DNA of 63,199 nt, filler included, from Conidiobolus incongruus B7586 (GCA_000697335.1; 11 parts of 11 records of this genome joined end to end with filler, not necessarily neighbours in it), one strand, 5' to 3'. Positions 14,145 through 29,271 are shown, counted from the whole stretch's first letter. Notes: a model not told the origin generated them from the letters alone. Made by a program: numbers and translations.

Positions 14145-17100
14145 AATATATAATTTCCTATTAACTTTGTATATATTTATTTATTTCAAACTAATAATAT
14201 GTTTGAAAAATTAAAAATTAAAAAATTTCCCATTATTTCAAATTTAAGGTAATAGTTTGGTTAAAATTATTAGCTATTGTAATAATTATTGATTTAGTTT
14301 GGTGAGTTTAAACAAATATGTGAAGATAATAGAAAAATATAATTTTATGAAATATCATCAATAAATAATTTAAACTACCTTAGAAAACATTCAAACTCCT
14401 CAATATATAATATTAATTTTAAAATTAAAACTAATTTTATTAAATACTATTAACATGATAATTTATTAGGAGCGGGAAATATTTTAAAAAATGTGTTTTT
14501 GTATATTCCTTGAACTATGTAATAGGTCAATTTGACTTAATATATTTATTATCCAAGGATGATTGGTCTATTAATTTTTTAACAAATAAAGTATCACAGA
14601 CTAGTGTGTTTAATATCTTAATATAAAACATATTTACTTTTCTTAAAACAGAAATTGGGGAAGGTTGGATTGAGAAATGGTGACAAATTTTGAAATTTAA
14701 TTTAATTTCATATTACAATTAGTGAATATGTTTCAAATCAATTATCTATAACTCCCTGATAATTTTTAAAGCAACAGGTATATAATTTTTTTATAGAGTT
14801 GATATTGCACTTTTTGAATTAATTTAATCATTCATTTAAACTGAATTTATCACATTTTAGCCAACCTCAATGTAAGATATTTTTGATGTTTCTATATGTA
14901 AAAAGATTATTCACATAAAGTGTAAGTGAAAAATAGTTAGTGAATATTCAACCTAAAGGTTGATTAATAAAATGGTGCTTTTGAAATAAAAGATTTATTT
15001 ATTTTGAATAAATTGAAATTTTAAAGTATACAAAATTACCGAAATATTTCCTTTATTAGAATATACAGAATTAGGTACATTCCTTGTTGTCAAAGTAATT
15101 TGATTTATAATAACGGCCCTTCAAATAGTACTGAATATATTACTATTTGCACAATGGTGACTTGTGAATCTAGACTATATATTCTGTAATTTTTATTCAA
15201 TTATTAATCATGCATATAGTAAAACTTCAAATAATATTTCCACTATAACCTAACAAAAGTATTATATTGTTATATTGTGACTATTCAAACTAATTATTTA
15301 TTTCCATTGTTTTTAGAAAATATACAATAGAATTGTAAATAACCATTATAAATACTGAGTAATTAAATAGGAAATTACTAATTTTAATTTAAAAGCTGAT
15401 ATATAAACAATTTAAAAATGAAAACTTGGATAATTTTGAGTTGGTAATAGTAGAAATAAAGAATAAAAAAGCTATATTAATGAAATTAAAAAACTGAATT
15501 TAAATTTCGCTATTTTGCACCAAATTATTATTTGTCAATAATTACAAATTTTATTCTTATTTCCATTCTGAGATTTGTTTCGATTTTAAAGCACCATATT
15601 TAAATGGTAATAAATAAAATATGAATAAAATAATATATAACAGTAAATTGAAATGTAGCCACATAACAGCTGCGCCTGACAAAACTCAAAGGATATATAC
15701 ATCAAATAATCTAAAAAAAGTATTAATAGAAAATTTAATTTCTTGGTATAAACAATTTAATATGTTATAATAAGTTATGAAGTTAAACAAAATTACTATA
15801 TTTCATTTGAAAGAAATGTAAACTGCGAAAAAAAATATATTTGTGTTAATATAATATTGCCAATTTACCAAAAATGCTATTATTAAAAGTATATTAATAA
15901 AATAGGACTAACTATAAGTATATCTTGTTAATATAATAAATGTATACTAATTCAATAATTCTATAATTCTATAATATAAATAGATAAAAAAATATTTAAT
16001 AAAATTTATTAAAAGATCAAATATTGCGAGAATACCATTTTGCAAAGTTATGAGTATGTTAATTGTTGAGAGAATCTTGAGGGCCAAATTATTCCAATAG
16101 ATAATATTTTTATTCTTATTTCCTTTCTATAAAATATTTTAGACAATTTAAGAATGCTATTCGTTATTATCATTTAAAAAATTTTTAACCTTGGGAAATT
16201 ATTCTAATAGGATAAATAATATTTCATAATTATATTTCAATTTTTAATATCATTTTTTAAACTATTATGTTCTTATTAAATATCATTATCATTATATTCA
16301 ATGTAAAATGAAATAATATATCAATAAGTTTCTAATGTTTAAACAAGCACTTGTTATAAAAATTTTATGTTTTTTATAAATATAGTCATACTTAAAGTGT
16401 TTTATATTGTATTGTAAATAATAGAAATTTATTTTCTAAAGTTAAATATTTAAATTGATTTAAATTTCAATAATAATAGTAAGTTACAATTTAAACTTAT
16501 AGTTGAAGAATGATTAATAATAGACAAGTTATATCCAATACAAATGTTAACCATACTCATATTATTTAATATATATAAATAAAGATAGAATTCCTTACAT
16601 ATCCACGGATAAAAGGAGTCAAAATATTAATTATAAAATAACAATAAAATATAATAAAATAATTTAGCGAAATAATGAAATATAGGGGTTTAAATAATTG
16701 ATTAAAGAAAAAATATTTTATTAAATTGAAATGATTAAATTAGACCAATTAAAATCTTACAATCTTGGAGGATTGAAATGGCAACGTGTAAATAGGATAG
16801 GAAAATTGAAGGAAGGGGGAAGGAATGATCACCATAAAATTGATTTTGTAAGCCAAGTTTTTTTGAAAATGCGTGTTTCATAAATTTAGACAAGTCTTTA
16901 AAACTCCCCTTATGGGAATTGCAGCTTTGTTAAGTTTTTATTTAATATTGGGATTAATTCGTAAACATTTCCGATTCTCATCTAATTCAATTATTAATAT
17001 AATACAAATATTCAACTCTTTTATTTTATAATTGATGGATTATGGTTATATTTGATTTATAGTATTTATATAAATAAATTAAATTACAGATATCAATTGG

Positions 17101-18872
17101 AAAATATGCTCAATTTATAAAATTCTATATAAGTTTATAACCCTTTTATATATTAAATACAGTGATATTAATCTTGATTTGTTTTTATATTCCTAACTTT
17201 TATTGTTAAGGTTGTAGGGATATAGTCAACAGAATAAATTAAAAACTATTTAAACTTTAATCAATTATAATTGAATTAATAGATTCTTTAGTGAATTAAT
17301 ATTAGAAAAGGATAAAAGTTTAAACCTGTAAAACTCAAATGAAAATAATTAATTACATCGCTCAATTCCTAAATTTAGTATTTATTAATATATTTTGGGA
17401 CAAAATTGGTAAATTTTTATTTAGTTTAATTAAATTCGGGGCATAGATTTGTTAAAAAGAATATTTAATGTAAATATTAAGTAAAATGTATAAAAAGTTT
17501 TTTTGAATATCAAATATAATTAGAAACTCTTTTTCCAATATGTTGATATTTATTTTATCATTTAATATGGTTTATTTCAACTGTTATATTAGAGATTGAA
17601 ATAGCATATAATATAAGAAAATGTAATAGTTGTACAAAAAAGACTTAATATATTTAAATATATTTATATAAATAGATATTGTATTATTTGATTAGAGTCT
17701 CGATTAATATTTTTAATAATAAAATAAAATTGTTTGTCAGATGGTAAATATTGTAAGAAATAACATATAAGCATATTACTTAAAACAGTAATACCGACTT
17801 TGAAAGTTATTTCAATTGAATAAACAGATAAAATGTAAATAATTCAATATATTTGTTATTATTATGAAATCATTTATTTAGCGAAGTGTCCAAAGTAATT
17901 CCAGTATAATGCGATGAGTTTTATTCAACTTATGTCAATCGTTAATTATAATCCCTATAACACAGATTAAAGCTTTGAAAATTTCCATCTTAATATAAAA
18001 TTTATTTTAAAATTGGAAATTCAAGTCCATAGCATTAATTTGACGAAGGGGGTTTACAGAAAATATTAATATCGGATTTGAATGTCGAGTGATAAACCAA
18101 TTTAGAAGTTAACCGAGAAAATTACTTTTTAGATCCTTTTATAAATAAATTCTAATCTTAACTACTTTTCTAAATATTATCAAAACACTCTCCCACCTAA
18201 TACTTCTTATTGATTATTACAGTATCATTTATAGGAAATGCTGCTAAAAAATTAAATTTATAAGTAATTAATATATTTTAGTATTATTATTAATTTAATT
18301 AATTGCATTATATTGTAATTATTTTATTAAATAAGCTTATAAATTTTAATCATCTTTAATTTTTATATTTATTATTGAATTTGAATATATCAATTAAATT
18401 ATCAAATTTTAATTTATTTTTTTAAATAAACAAAATATTTTAAAATTTAATTATTAGTATAAAAATTAAATATTGGCAAAATTTTAAAATTAAAATTAAA
18501 TAAAAATATTGATATATGATTTATAAATATTAATATACTTTTTCATTATTAATAACTTTTTGCTATATTTTTGGTAGGTTTTTAATATCTAAAAAAAATT
18601 TTTTAAAGATTAAAATTTGATATTATATAAACCAATTTAATTTACTTATAGTAATCTTTTTCCTATTAATATATTTTTTAATTACCCAAAATAATTATAT
18701 TCACAAAGTTATAATCTAGTGAATATATTAAATATGATAGCTTTTTTAATTTTTTTATATAAAAAATGTTTTATTAGTTTAATTTTTTTTGTATTTTATA
18801 ATTATTATATAAAATAATAGATATATTTAATTTATATTAAACTATCAATTAAAAATAATTATATTTAAAAAT

Positions 18873-18972
18873 NNNNNNNNNNNNNNNNNNNNNNNNNNNN
18901 NNNNNNNNNNNNNNNNTTAATTAATTAANNNNNNNNNNNNNNNNNNNNNNNNNNNNNNNNNNNNNNNNNNNN
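18873..18972. other. Artificial contig linker / gap
   Basis: Same 100-bp spacer. Confidence 0.97.
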
Positions 18973-20918
18973 ATTAATTATCAAAGTAAATTTCCAAATA
19001 TAGAATAATAACATAAAAAATAATATAATAATAAAATAATCATATATTAAATGATATTAAAATTTCAATAATATTAAATTTATATATTAAAATTGAAAAA
19101 TTATTTTATTTCAATATTATTATAAATATTTGATTAATAAAGAGCCAATTATATAATAAAAACAATGAAACTTATTAATAATTATATTTCTTTTTAGCAT
19201 AAAATTTAAAATTTTGAATTTAAAAAATATTTAATCATTTACATATGATCCTCAAAATTATTATCAAACCTTTCAACTTAGATCTTTAATTAAATTAACA
19301 TGCGAATCAAATATTGCACAATTAATAATTACTCATTTAGTAAACCACCGAATATTTGCGAATTCCACAATACTTTAATTAGTTGATCATTTTATTATCA
19401 AATTTAATTTTCTTACATAAAGAATAATTTTAAAATTATAATTTACTATTAAAATTAAATAAATATATTCTTATAATAATATTTTCTTATATGATTTAAT
19501 TTAATTTAATTTAAATAAAAAAATTTATAAGTTTAATAAGTAATTTTGGAAAATTTGTTTTAAATTTTTTATTTAAATAAGTAAAAAAGAAATTACATTT
19601 GAAATTTGAAACTATATAATACTCAAATTAAATTAAATTTACGTAAGTTAAAAGTGATTGGATAAAATTCTTCGACAAATCAAATCAAATCAAATATTGT
19701 CGGAATTAGCATAAAATTTACTCAACAATTGAATTTATCAATTAGGGAATGGATCTTTCGATTTTGATATTAATTTTTTTGTTGTGTAATAAACTTTCAT
19801 TCCAAATGCTCAAATCAAATTCCTAAGAATTTTGATTGAAATTAATTGAGTACATGGAAATGTTTACCCAAAATTATAAATATTCTATAGTTAATCAAAT
19901 TGTGTACTCCATTATATATTGAGATTTAATAATCTTTGTCCTGGTCACCATTGTGATTATTCTTTGTAATTTTGCTTGGAATGGTATGAGCAGTGTTAAT
20001 TGAAGTAATATTTGATGTGTCAATTTATCTCCTGAGATATTTCCATTTTAATGAAACAGTACAGGACTTTGATCACTTTCATTTTGAACCTTTAATATTC
20101 AAGTTTATACGAAGATTGAGAAATAATTTAGAAAAGTTTAATAATTGTAAATTATTAAACTTGATTGCAACTTTTTATTAAATGGATTGGTTATGGAGAT
20201 AACTTCAATTAGGGTCAAGTAATCACGAGAATATTTAATGGTGAGAATTTTAACTTAGGAAACTCATCCATTTTATTATTCAATATTTATAAGTGGGATC
20301 GGATTAGTTTATGGCTATCCTTTTGCTTTCCTAAAAGGATATTCAATCTCATTAATGCCAATTGCTGACGTCGCCCCTCATCTATCTAGAAATAGTTAGT
20401 TATATTCGGCAGTATTTGATTATTCAGGCAATATTTGAAGGAATGTCATTAAACTATATTTGGGGAGTCATACCAGGCAGGAAGTGATTGATAGATTAAT
20501 AAAAGAGTGTTAAGATTAGCGATGGGTTGCATCAGAGCAAATAGTCTATTTGACTAAATTCTCATACACGAACTAGTCTGAAAACGAGGAACTTTCAAAT
20601 AAGTTACAAACAAGGGAAAATGATAGATAGTGAAAAATACATTGCATCCAATTAGTCTCATTTATTACAGATATTCCCTTTTGTACTTGAGCATGATAGT
20701 ATATTCGATGAAAAACTTGGAAAATTAAGCAATGAAAATGGTGGTCACGTATGACCAAGTTTTGGGGAGAGTAACTTGATTGAATAAATACATATCCATA
20801 TTCACAATATCCACACTATACAACTATCTTAGAGATTATTTTATCGGTAAAAATAAGGCTTGATCAAAGCCAGTTATAGCAAAAATGAAAAAGAAAGAGA
20901 TAGTAATCTGTAATATTA

Positions 20919-21639
20919 TTATGGGCGATGAATCGGGAAGTTGACTTCTAACTCCTTGATTAGACTCTCGTAGCTTGGTACGTTAGCGTCGGGGTTAAGG
21001 AGTTTGACTAGGTTAATGAAATCTTTGGACTTTACTATATCAAAAGAGAGCCCGTTTCTTAGAATAAATCGCACAAGATAGGCTATGAAGTTTTTGTCAG
21101 AATAAGAACCTGGAGTTACCACCTCTTCGTCAAAGGCGACACGCTCACCTCCACTTGAGAACAAACGACCTAGTTTCATATAGGTAGCACCGTTTTTTGC
21201 TCTAGTTGGGAGTGCTAATTCTTCACCTTGACGAGCGAGGCGGACTTTTTTAGAAGCTTGATCGGTGTCATCAGGCTGATCAGAATCATTCATGACTTGA
21301 CCATTGCTATCACGCATTAATTGGTGCATGTTTTTAAGGTGGTTAATAAGACCACTTGTAGCACCGTTTTTAAACTTGATCATAGTGCTACAGTATTTAC
21401 AGACAGCCTTTTCAGAACCTAAAAGGGAAGAAAAATGAATAAGAGAGTTAGGAGATGTGAAAAGCAGATTTACCGTCTTCAGCCTTCTCTATGGTGTAGT
21501 GGTTCCACACAAAGCTTCTCTTGGATCTCATCATTATTACAGAATAAGCACCAGGATTTTGATTTCTAAACTTGAACTCATTCTGATTATTACCTTTGCC
21601 AATATCTTTCTCCATCACCAAGGTTAAATAATCACTCAT
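20919..21639 (-). CDS. BED zinc-finger protein derived from the N-terminus of a hAT transposase; 2 exons (21639-21474, 21418-20919), about 221 aa
   Basis: The spliced product reads SFVWNHY...AVCKYC...GATSGLINHLKNMH (BED finger), then LVRFILRNGLSFDIVKSKDFINLVKLLNP..VPS (hAT/Hermes-type DNA-binding segment). The intron is GTAAAT..CTAAC..TAG. An alternative start is at 21615. Confidence 0.82.
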
Positions 21640-24439
21640 CAGAAACAACAATAATTTATTTGATTAAAACAGAATTTGATTCAATTTCCTTCCTCATTGG
21701 CTTCATTTATACTTTTATTTAATATTTTATTTGAATTTAATTTAACTAGTAATTTGAATCACTTAGTATGAGTTTGCTCACTTCCAATTAGGGGCATATC
21801 CGGAAATTGGCGCATTCACATTCAAGCCCCAAATGGCAACTTATTTTAAATCTAGATCTTACCTAATTCTTACGATTAGTTTGATTGGATTAGGAGAAAT
21901 TGATTTAGCTTTAATATTTTATTTTTCAACTATCTTGAATATTCCTAAAATTTAATTTTTGAAACAATTAAATCTCTTTTAAAATTATATGATATAAAAT
22001 ATATTATATTTCTAATTATATCACTAATATTGAAATTAAATCTTTTAACCGAGTTGGGCCGACACAAATAACATGAGAAAATTATATTTAAAAAATAAAA
22101 TATTGAATTTGGTAGAGATGTGACTTGGAAGCAAAGTTAGTATCAATTCGGAAATTGGATCAAATTCTATTTAATAATAATTTTATAAATTATCAATTGA
22201 GAATTAATTGGTTCAAGAAAAAGAGCTTAATAAAAAATTTCCTATATTTATATTTAAAATTAATGATGATATTAATAAATATAGTATCCGCAATTAAAGC
22301 AAAATGGTTGATCTATGTATCGTATATTAATTATTTCTAATAGTAGTTATATTGTAACTTACCTAAATATTATAATAATTTTTTTAGTTTCATCCATACT
22401 ACACTTTAAGTTGATCTTCTTTGGAAAGAGAAAAGTGATTTATATTTAGAATAGATAATTAATATCGGAATCTCCTTGATATCATAATCATATATTAATT
22501 CAAATATTTATATTGGATTATCTATGACTATATATCTCTAAATCATCTTTAACCCTCAAATATTCAATATCTTTTCAAGAATCAATTATTTGAAGAATGT
22601 GGAGTGACCTGAATCATATAACCAAAATACCCAAATATCCATTCAATAAATACCTCTTTTGAGTAACACTTATTTGTTCACAAAATTAGTATTAATACAG
22701 GTTTCTTATTAACAAATTTCTATTAACTCGAATAAAAAAACTAACTTTATTAGTAGAAATATCAATATTTATAAATACAAAAATCATTAAGTGATTAATC
22801 TTTCAAATTTAGTATAACCAAATCAATTAAGTATTTTATTTGTATTCTTAATAGATATTCGGATAAAAGTTACTAAATTTAGAGATAATCAAATGGTAAA
22901 AATAAAATTATTTGAGTTGAAGATATATTCAATTAAATAATTCATATGTATATAAATCTGATAAAATTATATAATGCATACAGTATGATCGGTATGTAGG
23001 AGACGAAAGTTTAAAATATCATACATCAATCACTCCTTTAAATCAATCTTTAATACATAATCTATTAAAATCAGTTATAAACGAGAATTTGAAAGATTCT
23101 AATCTTTTAAATCTAATATTTGTTCATTTACTCAAAATTATTTGATGAAAAAAGCAGTATCACTGAATAAAGCATATCAGGGGCAGATGCAATTTGATAA
23201 ATACATTACCTATTCAAATTCTAAAAAATATTTATATTTTGCTAAAAACAAATATATAATTACAAAGTCAAATATCCTGATATTCAAATAATATTTTATA
23301 ATTTAAATAAATCAAATTTTAAAACAATGTCTATTAAAATTGATTATTATATAAATTTACAATCTGTATTTTGAATCAAATTAACTTTGATATATTAGAT
23401 TTGCTTTAAATTTGAGTTATAAAATAATTGTTAATAATATGATGATAATATCATAGATTGTTGAACTTATTCACTATAAAATCTTTCTGTATGTTTGATC
23501 CTTAGTAAATTGAACAATTAAAATACAAACGTATGTAAATATTGAACATGTTTCAAATTTAATAGAATAAATTCAATAGACTAGCGAATTTTTTTCAAAT
23601 CTACTAATTAAATAATCCTTGACCCAAACTAATAAGTATTTGATGATTATTAACTCATGATATTTGGATAATTAGTACAAATAGCCAAGCCATTGTTTGA
23701 TTATGTATTTATTTCAAATAATCAAGTAGATTCAATAAAGATTAACAACAACTATTGTCAACCTCTTAATAGCATTTCAAAAGATACTAAACAGTAAACT
23801 ATATATTTTGTTTCAAAATTATAAATTTAATTAAAATTATAACTTTTTACCAAATTTTAAAATCAAATAATTTAAAGAATATTATCGATGAATTTTAACC
23901 AATAAAAATTAAAATTTATTTTTCTTTTAAATATTAATTGTGTAAGGTTGATACGATTAAGTTTTAATTATTTCTATTATGGTTAAATATTTATATTCAT
24001 ATCAAATATAACAATTCTATTTAATTTGTATGATGTCAAATATATTATATGTATATTCAAAATGAGGATTAAATAAGTTATAACCATAGTCAGAAATATG
24101 GTATAATCATACATAATATGATAGTTTAGGATATACATAAGATCATATGTCTAGTTCGTTTTAAATAATTAACCTCAATATAATTCTAATAAAAAGTATG
24201 AAATTTGAGAATCGGAGGAAACCAGATTAAGTAATCAAATATTTGAATCAATTTCACAATTGAAAAAAATCCTTAAAATTGAACTTTGAAAAAAAAATTT
24301 ATAATGCGGGTTTCAGTTAAAAACTCGAATATAATTCATCCCTCATTCAATTCTATTAAATTTAGTTTGATTACAAATATTAATTTTGTCTAATTTTAAA
24401 ATTTGAAATTTTTTCAACTAAAAATATTTTTTCTTCTCA

Positions 24440-24864
24440 AGTAATAAAGACAGTCCGATTTCCACTATCTAGGCGAACACTTTTCCTGCCATATGGAGAG
24501 CAGCAGCTACAAACTGAGTAGCCAAAGGAACCCTGACTGCTTCATCGTATGGAGTTACTCTAGGATCTACTAGAACTAAGTCGGACTTTGTGTCCGGATC
24601 AACTTAACTAAAATAAACACGTATCAAATTAAATGAAACGAACAATCATCAGTTGCCTAATTTGATGGTAACTAATTTGTCCTTTTTTATTGGTGAACTT
24701 ATATAAGTTTTTATAGTCCTTAGCAGATTCGTTCTGGACGGGGTTAGGTAAAACTTGTGCTAGTGGCTGTTCGGAACTAAGTAGGGGAACTCACTCGATA
24801 GTATAGCTACCTACTCGAGGGACACGTGAAAACTTAATATCTGTCAGTCAATTAGTTTGTGACA
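24440..24864. mobile_element. GC-elevated non-coding island; candidate solo LTR (minus orientation) or structured RNA
   Basis: The minus strand starts TGTCACA and has TATA-like motifs (24699-24715) followed by AATAAA (24686-24691). 24449-24594 folds into nested stems. No target-site duplication was found. Confidence 0.4.
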
Positions 24865-25781
24865 TATTTGATCTATATGTATTAAATTTGAACTAATGTA
24901 TAATTATTATTTCTTAATCAAATTTAATCAATTTTTTGTTAGTTAATTAAATAAATAATTCATTTAGAAAATTATTGATAGATAATTTTATAGTAACCAT
25001 ATTGATAAGTCATCATAAAATTGATATATTATTGAATGTTAAAGGTATATGATATTATACTAATATATCTAATATTGAATTTAGTTTATAGTTTTAAGTA
25101 GTTTAAATTAAACAAAATTACAACTTTTACTAATAATTTATTGAAACATATTTATTTAATATTTAATTGGTTATTTATAATTCATAATGATTTATTTATA
25201 AAGTTTAATTGAACTTTTTTAATTGTAGTTTCATAATTTAATTCAATAAGAATATATTCAGTATAAAAATTATACAATAGTTAAGCTATGAAAAGTACCA
25301 TTATATTTTCTTAAATATTTATTATTTTAATAATTTTCAATTTTATTTACTAAACTTATTACCTATTCAATTTGTAGTAACTAATTATAATTACGTATAT
25401 TTATATATTAATCAAACTATTTAAAAAACTAAAAGATATTTTTTCATTAATATTTATAAATTATTCTTGATATAACTATATTGTGAGGTAATTAATGATA
25501 TTATCTCATTAATTTTTAATTGAAATCAAGTATAATAATATAAAATTTCAAATTATTGAATATAAGTAATTAATATAAAATTAATACCTTATTTAAAAAG
25601 GATTTTTGAAAAATAATTAATCATAATATAATATATTATTCTTTTTATATAAAAATTAGGATTTGAATTAATATATAGTTACTCCTTTAATATTATAATC
25701 TTATATTTAATTTACAATAGGTTGAAGATAAATTGTCTTGAGTAATTATTCAAATAATAAGAAAAATATTTAAATTTATTA

Positions 25782-25881
25782 NNNNNNNNNNNNNNNNNNN
25801 NNNNNNNNNNNNNNNNNNNNNNNNNTTAATTAATTAANNNNNNNNNNNNNNNNNNNNNNNNNNNNNNNNNNNNNNNNNNNN
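25782..25881. other. Artificial contig linker / gap
   Basis: Same 100-bp spacer. Confidence 0.97.
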
Positions 25882-27755
25882 TAAAAATATTATATATATT
25901 ATATTAAAATTTTCAATATGGAATTTGGAATAAATATTTAAAAAATTGGATATATTTGATTTGAATGAAAAATTCACTATTTATAAACCTCTTCATAAAC
26001 TAATTACTTTATTTATTTACTAACTAATATTCTTATAGAATTAAACTCAAAAAATTTCAAGAATATCTTTTAAAATGTAATATATCATATATTAGTTTTG
26101 ATACCAAATTAATATCATTCCTAAATTTATAGTAAAAATATTAATACAGGTTTCTAAATATTTTGATTAATCAGTTGATTTAAATATTTTTAATTAAATT
26201 TCGTGTTTTTTAAAAAATATATTTATATTTAAAAATTCAACAATATATATTAACCCTATATAAATTAATATTATATAATATTTTCAACTCATTAATTAAG
26301 AATAATCAAAAAGAATTTTTACAGAAATTATTTTATTAGATAAGGTGAAAGGTATAATAATATTAATAAATACGATATACTTTAATTTTAGATTACAATA
26401 AATACAGTTCTATTATTTTAAAATTGGATGTTTGATATTTGTAGCTTTGAATAATATAAAATATTTATAAAATAAAAAATTTAGTCAAAAATACATTCAA
26501 AATATGCAAATATTGCATGTGTAATATGTAAAATTAATGGTCATTAATATATTAAAAATTAGTCCCGAAAGTTTTACATAATATAACTAATTAGCATAAA
26601 TATTAAGAAAATAAATGTTGAAATTCTAGTTGATAAAATATATACAATATATAGCTGAGGCAGGTAACTATTATTAATAATCAACATCACTATATCGAAT
26701 GCTTTATTCAGAGAATAAAAGGATAATATCATTTTATAATATATCTACAGACCTTCATTTGTTAGACTTATGAGATTGGTTATTTTATATTTTTAATATT
26801 TTATAAACCATTTAAACAATTTACAAATTTTTAGTTTTTAAAAAAAATTGGCTTAATATCAACATTAAAGTTATAATATTATGTTTTTGTTATAAAATTT
26901 TTAGTGGTTTATTTATTAAACCTAAATATTAGATACTCCAAGGATTATAATTTCAAAAAAAACTCTATATTGGCTTTGCTTTAAAAACAGTAGAATGATT
27001 TTTGTTTTTAGTTATTTGTTTTCAATTTCCAATAATATATATATATATATATATAATAATTAATTCTAAGAAATTTAATATATTTTGTAAATTTTTTATT
27101 TTTATGATTGCTACTTTAATGGTTTAAATTGAAACTTTATCGTATTGTAATATAATAAAAATCATAATAAACTTTTTGTTATACTATTTCTAAAACTTAA
27201 CCATATGCTTTTTAAAATCACTCAAATTTTACAATCAATTTATAAATATAATATTCAATCAGAACTTATAATTTGCTATTTATTTTGACATTTAAAAGGA
27301 CAAAGAGTAATTATTCATCATTCACTGGAATTAAGAATTTTTATTCCTAATATCATTTTTTATCAATAATATAAAAATAATAAAGAAAAAAGTATTATAT
27401 TATTTTAGTTGAAGTATTAAGTATAAATTTTTAAATTAGTTATATTAATATATTATAAATACTAAAGTGCAAATATTATAAAAATTTCTAATATATGGAA
27501 TATTATTACATAATATCATAAAAGGTTTAAAAATTGTAAGAGTTACAGCTAAGAAAAATATTTATATAATCAATGCTAACAACCTAAATATCAAATTATT
27601 ATAATTAATAGATTTCAAATTGTTTAATTTAAATTTTTATTATAAATTAGTGTAGAATTCAAATCAAACCGAAATAAAAAATCAATAGTAACAAATATGA
27701 AAAGTTACCAATAAAGACATATTGAAAATTTGAATATTATAATATTTTTGAATAT

Positions 27756-28069
27756 AGTAGTTACCTAAATGGTAACCAGCTCGACCAACCTCATCTCGCG
27801 ATTTACTAACTTATGGAGATATAACCACAGAATACCAGTATCACCACTTTAAGGTCTTATCTTTCTGAAGACCTAATACACTTCTTTACATTGCTTACAC
27901 CCGATAAATGGTCTATAAAAGAACCATTGTCAGAATATATTTTCATCATCACCTCTGGTATTCTGTCAAACTTATTAAACCCTTAACATATCATTATAAA
28001 GCACCCTAACCCAAATTATCAAACAAACCGCGAGCAAACTGCTCTCTTCCCTATTAACAACAACCTACT
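27756..28069. other. GC-elevated non-coding island with nested inverted repeats; candidate solo LTR or ncRNA
   Basis: Perfect 12-bp inverted repeat ACAGAATACCAG (27827-27838) / CTGGTATTCTGT (27955-27966); outer CTCGCG/CGCGAG pair; inner hairpins; central TATAAAAG at 27914-27921. Confidence 0.4.
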
Positions 28070-29271
28070 AGAAATTGGTAAAATCAATATATAAATCAAC
28101 ATTTAATAATATAAAAAATTAAAATAAATATTAATTAATATCTTTGGATTGAAATTAATAAAAACTAATTTTTTAATTATAAATAATTTTAATTAATGAA
28201 AAAATATATATATATTTTATTTCATCATAAATAAAAATTGAATAATAAATAAGTTATATTCTTAATTTATAATAATTATTAATTATATGATATATAGCAA
28301 TTGATATAATTGAAACATATATTTATAATTCATCAAATATATTCAATCAGTTAAAATTACTAATTATTAAATCTAAATGATTTATACTAATATTTAAAGT
28401 AATTGTTGAGCTGATATTTTTATTTAATACATATGATCATTATTATGAAATCTATGGTGATTAATATGAATTTAAAAATAATTGAAATTTACTTGGCATA
28501 TACTATCCCTTTTTTATATCGCATTAATATTTGAAAAATATTTATCAAAAAAATCATTCAAATGAATTCCATATTCTTTTTTAATAAAATAACTAAAGGA
28601 TGAATAAATATTTATCGACGATTGTTACTTTCCATAATTTTATATTTCTAATTCAGAGATTAGATAATTCCATTAATATGAATAAAAAACGTAAACCGGA
28701 TTAATATAAAATTTCTCAGATGAAAATAATATATAATCTCTCGAAGCCCTATAAAATTTATAATCACCGCGTGTTGATATAAAAATTTTCAACATGATTA
28801 TCAATTCTGAATACTTATTCAATATTTGTGAATTTCAAGTTAAATAATTTTCAATGAATTCTAAAAATAATCTTTGGTGCTATTTTTCAAAGATTGAACA
28901 CAAATTTATTTATCAAAATTCTAATTTTAGATGTTGTATGTTCTAATTATATTCAATCATAAGAAATGATTATGTGACTTCAATTTCAAGCAATTATTGG
29001 ATCCATCATTATGAAGTAATAAATAATATAATTTGAAATTCTTTTCAATTTTATATTTTTTGATATGCTATTTTCAAATCATAGATATATTATTTTTAAC
29101 TTTATTTATTATCATTCAAATCTATATATTTATTAATAACTTTGAAATTATATTAAAATTGAATCATATTTATTGTATTATTGATAGTATTAGATTCTCG
29201 ATTAAGTAATATATAAACCAAATGGATTCTAGCAATACTCATCATTAACTTATAATTTTATTAACTCTAAT

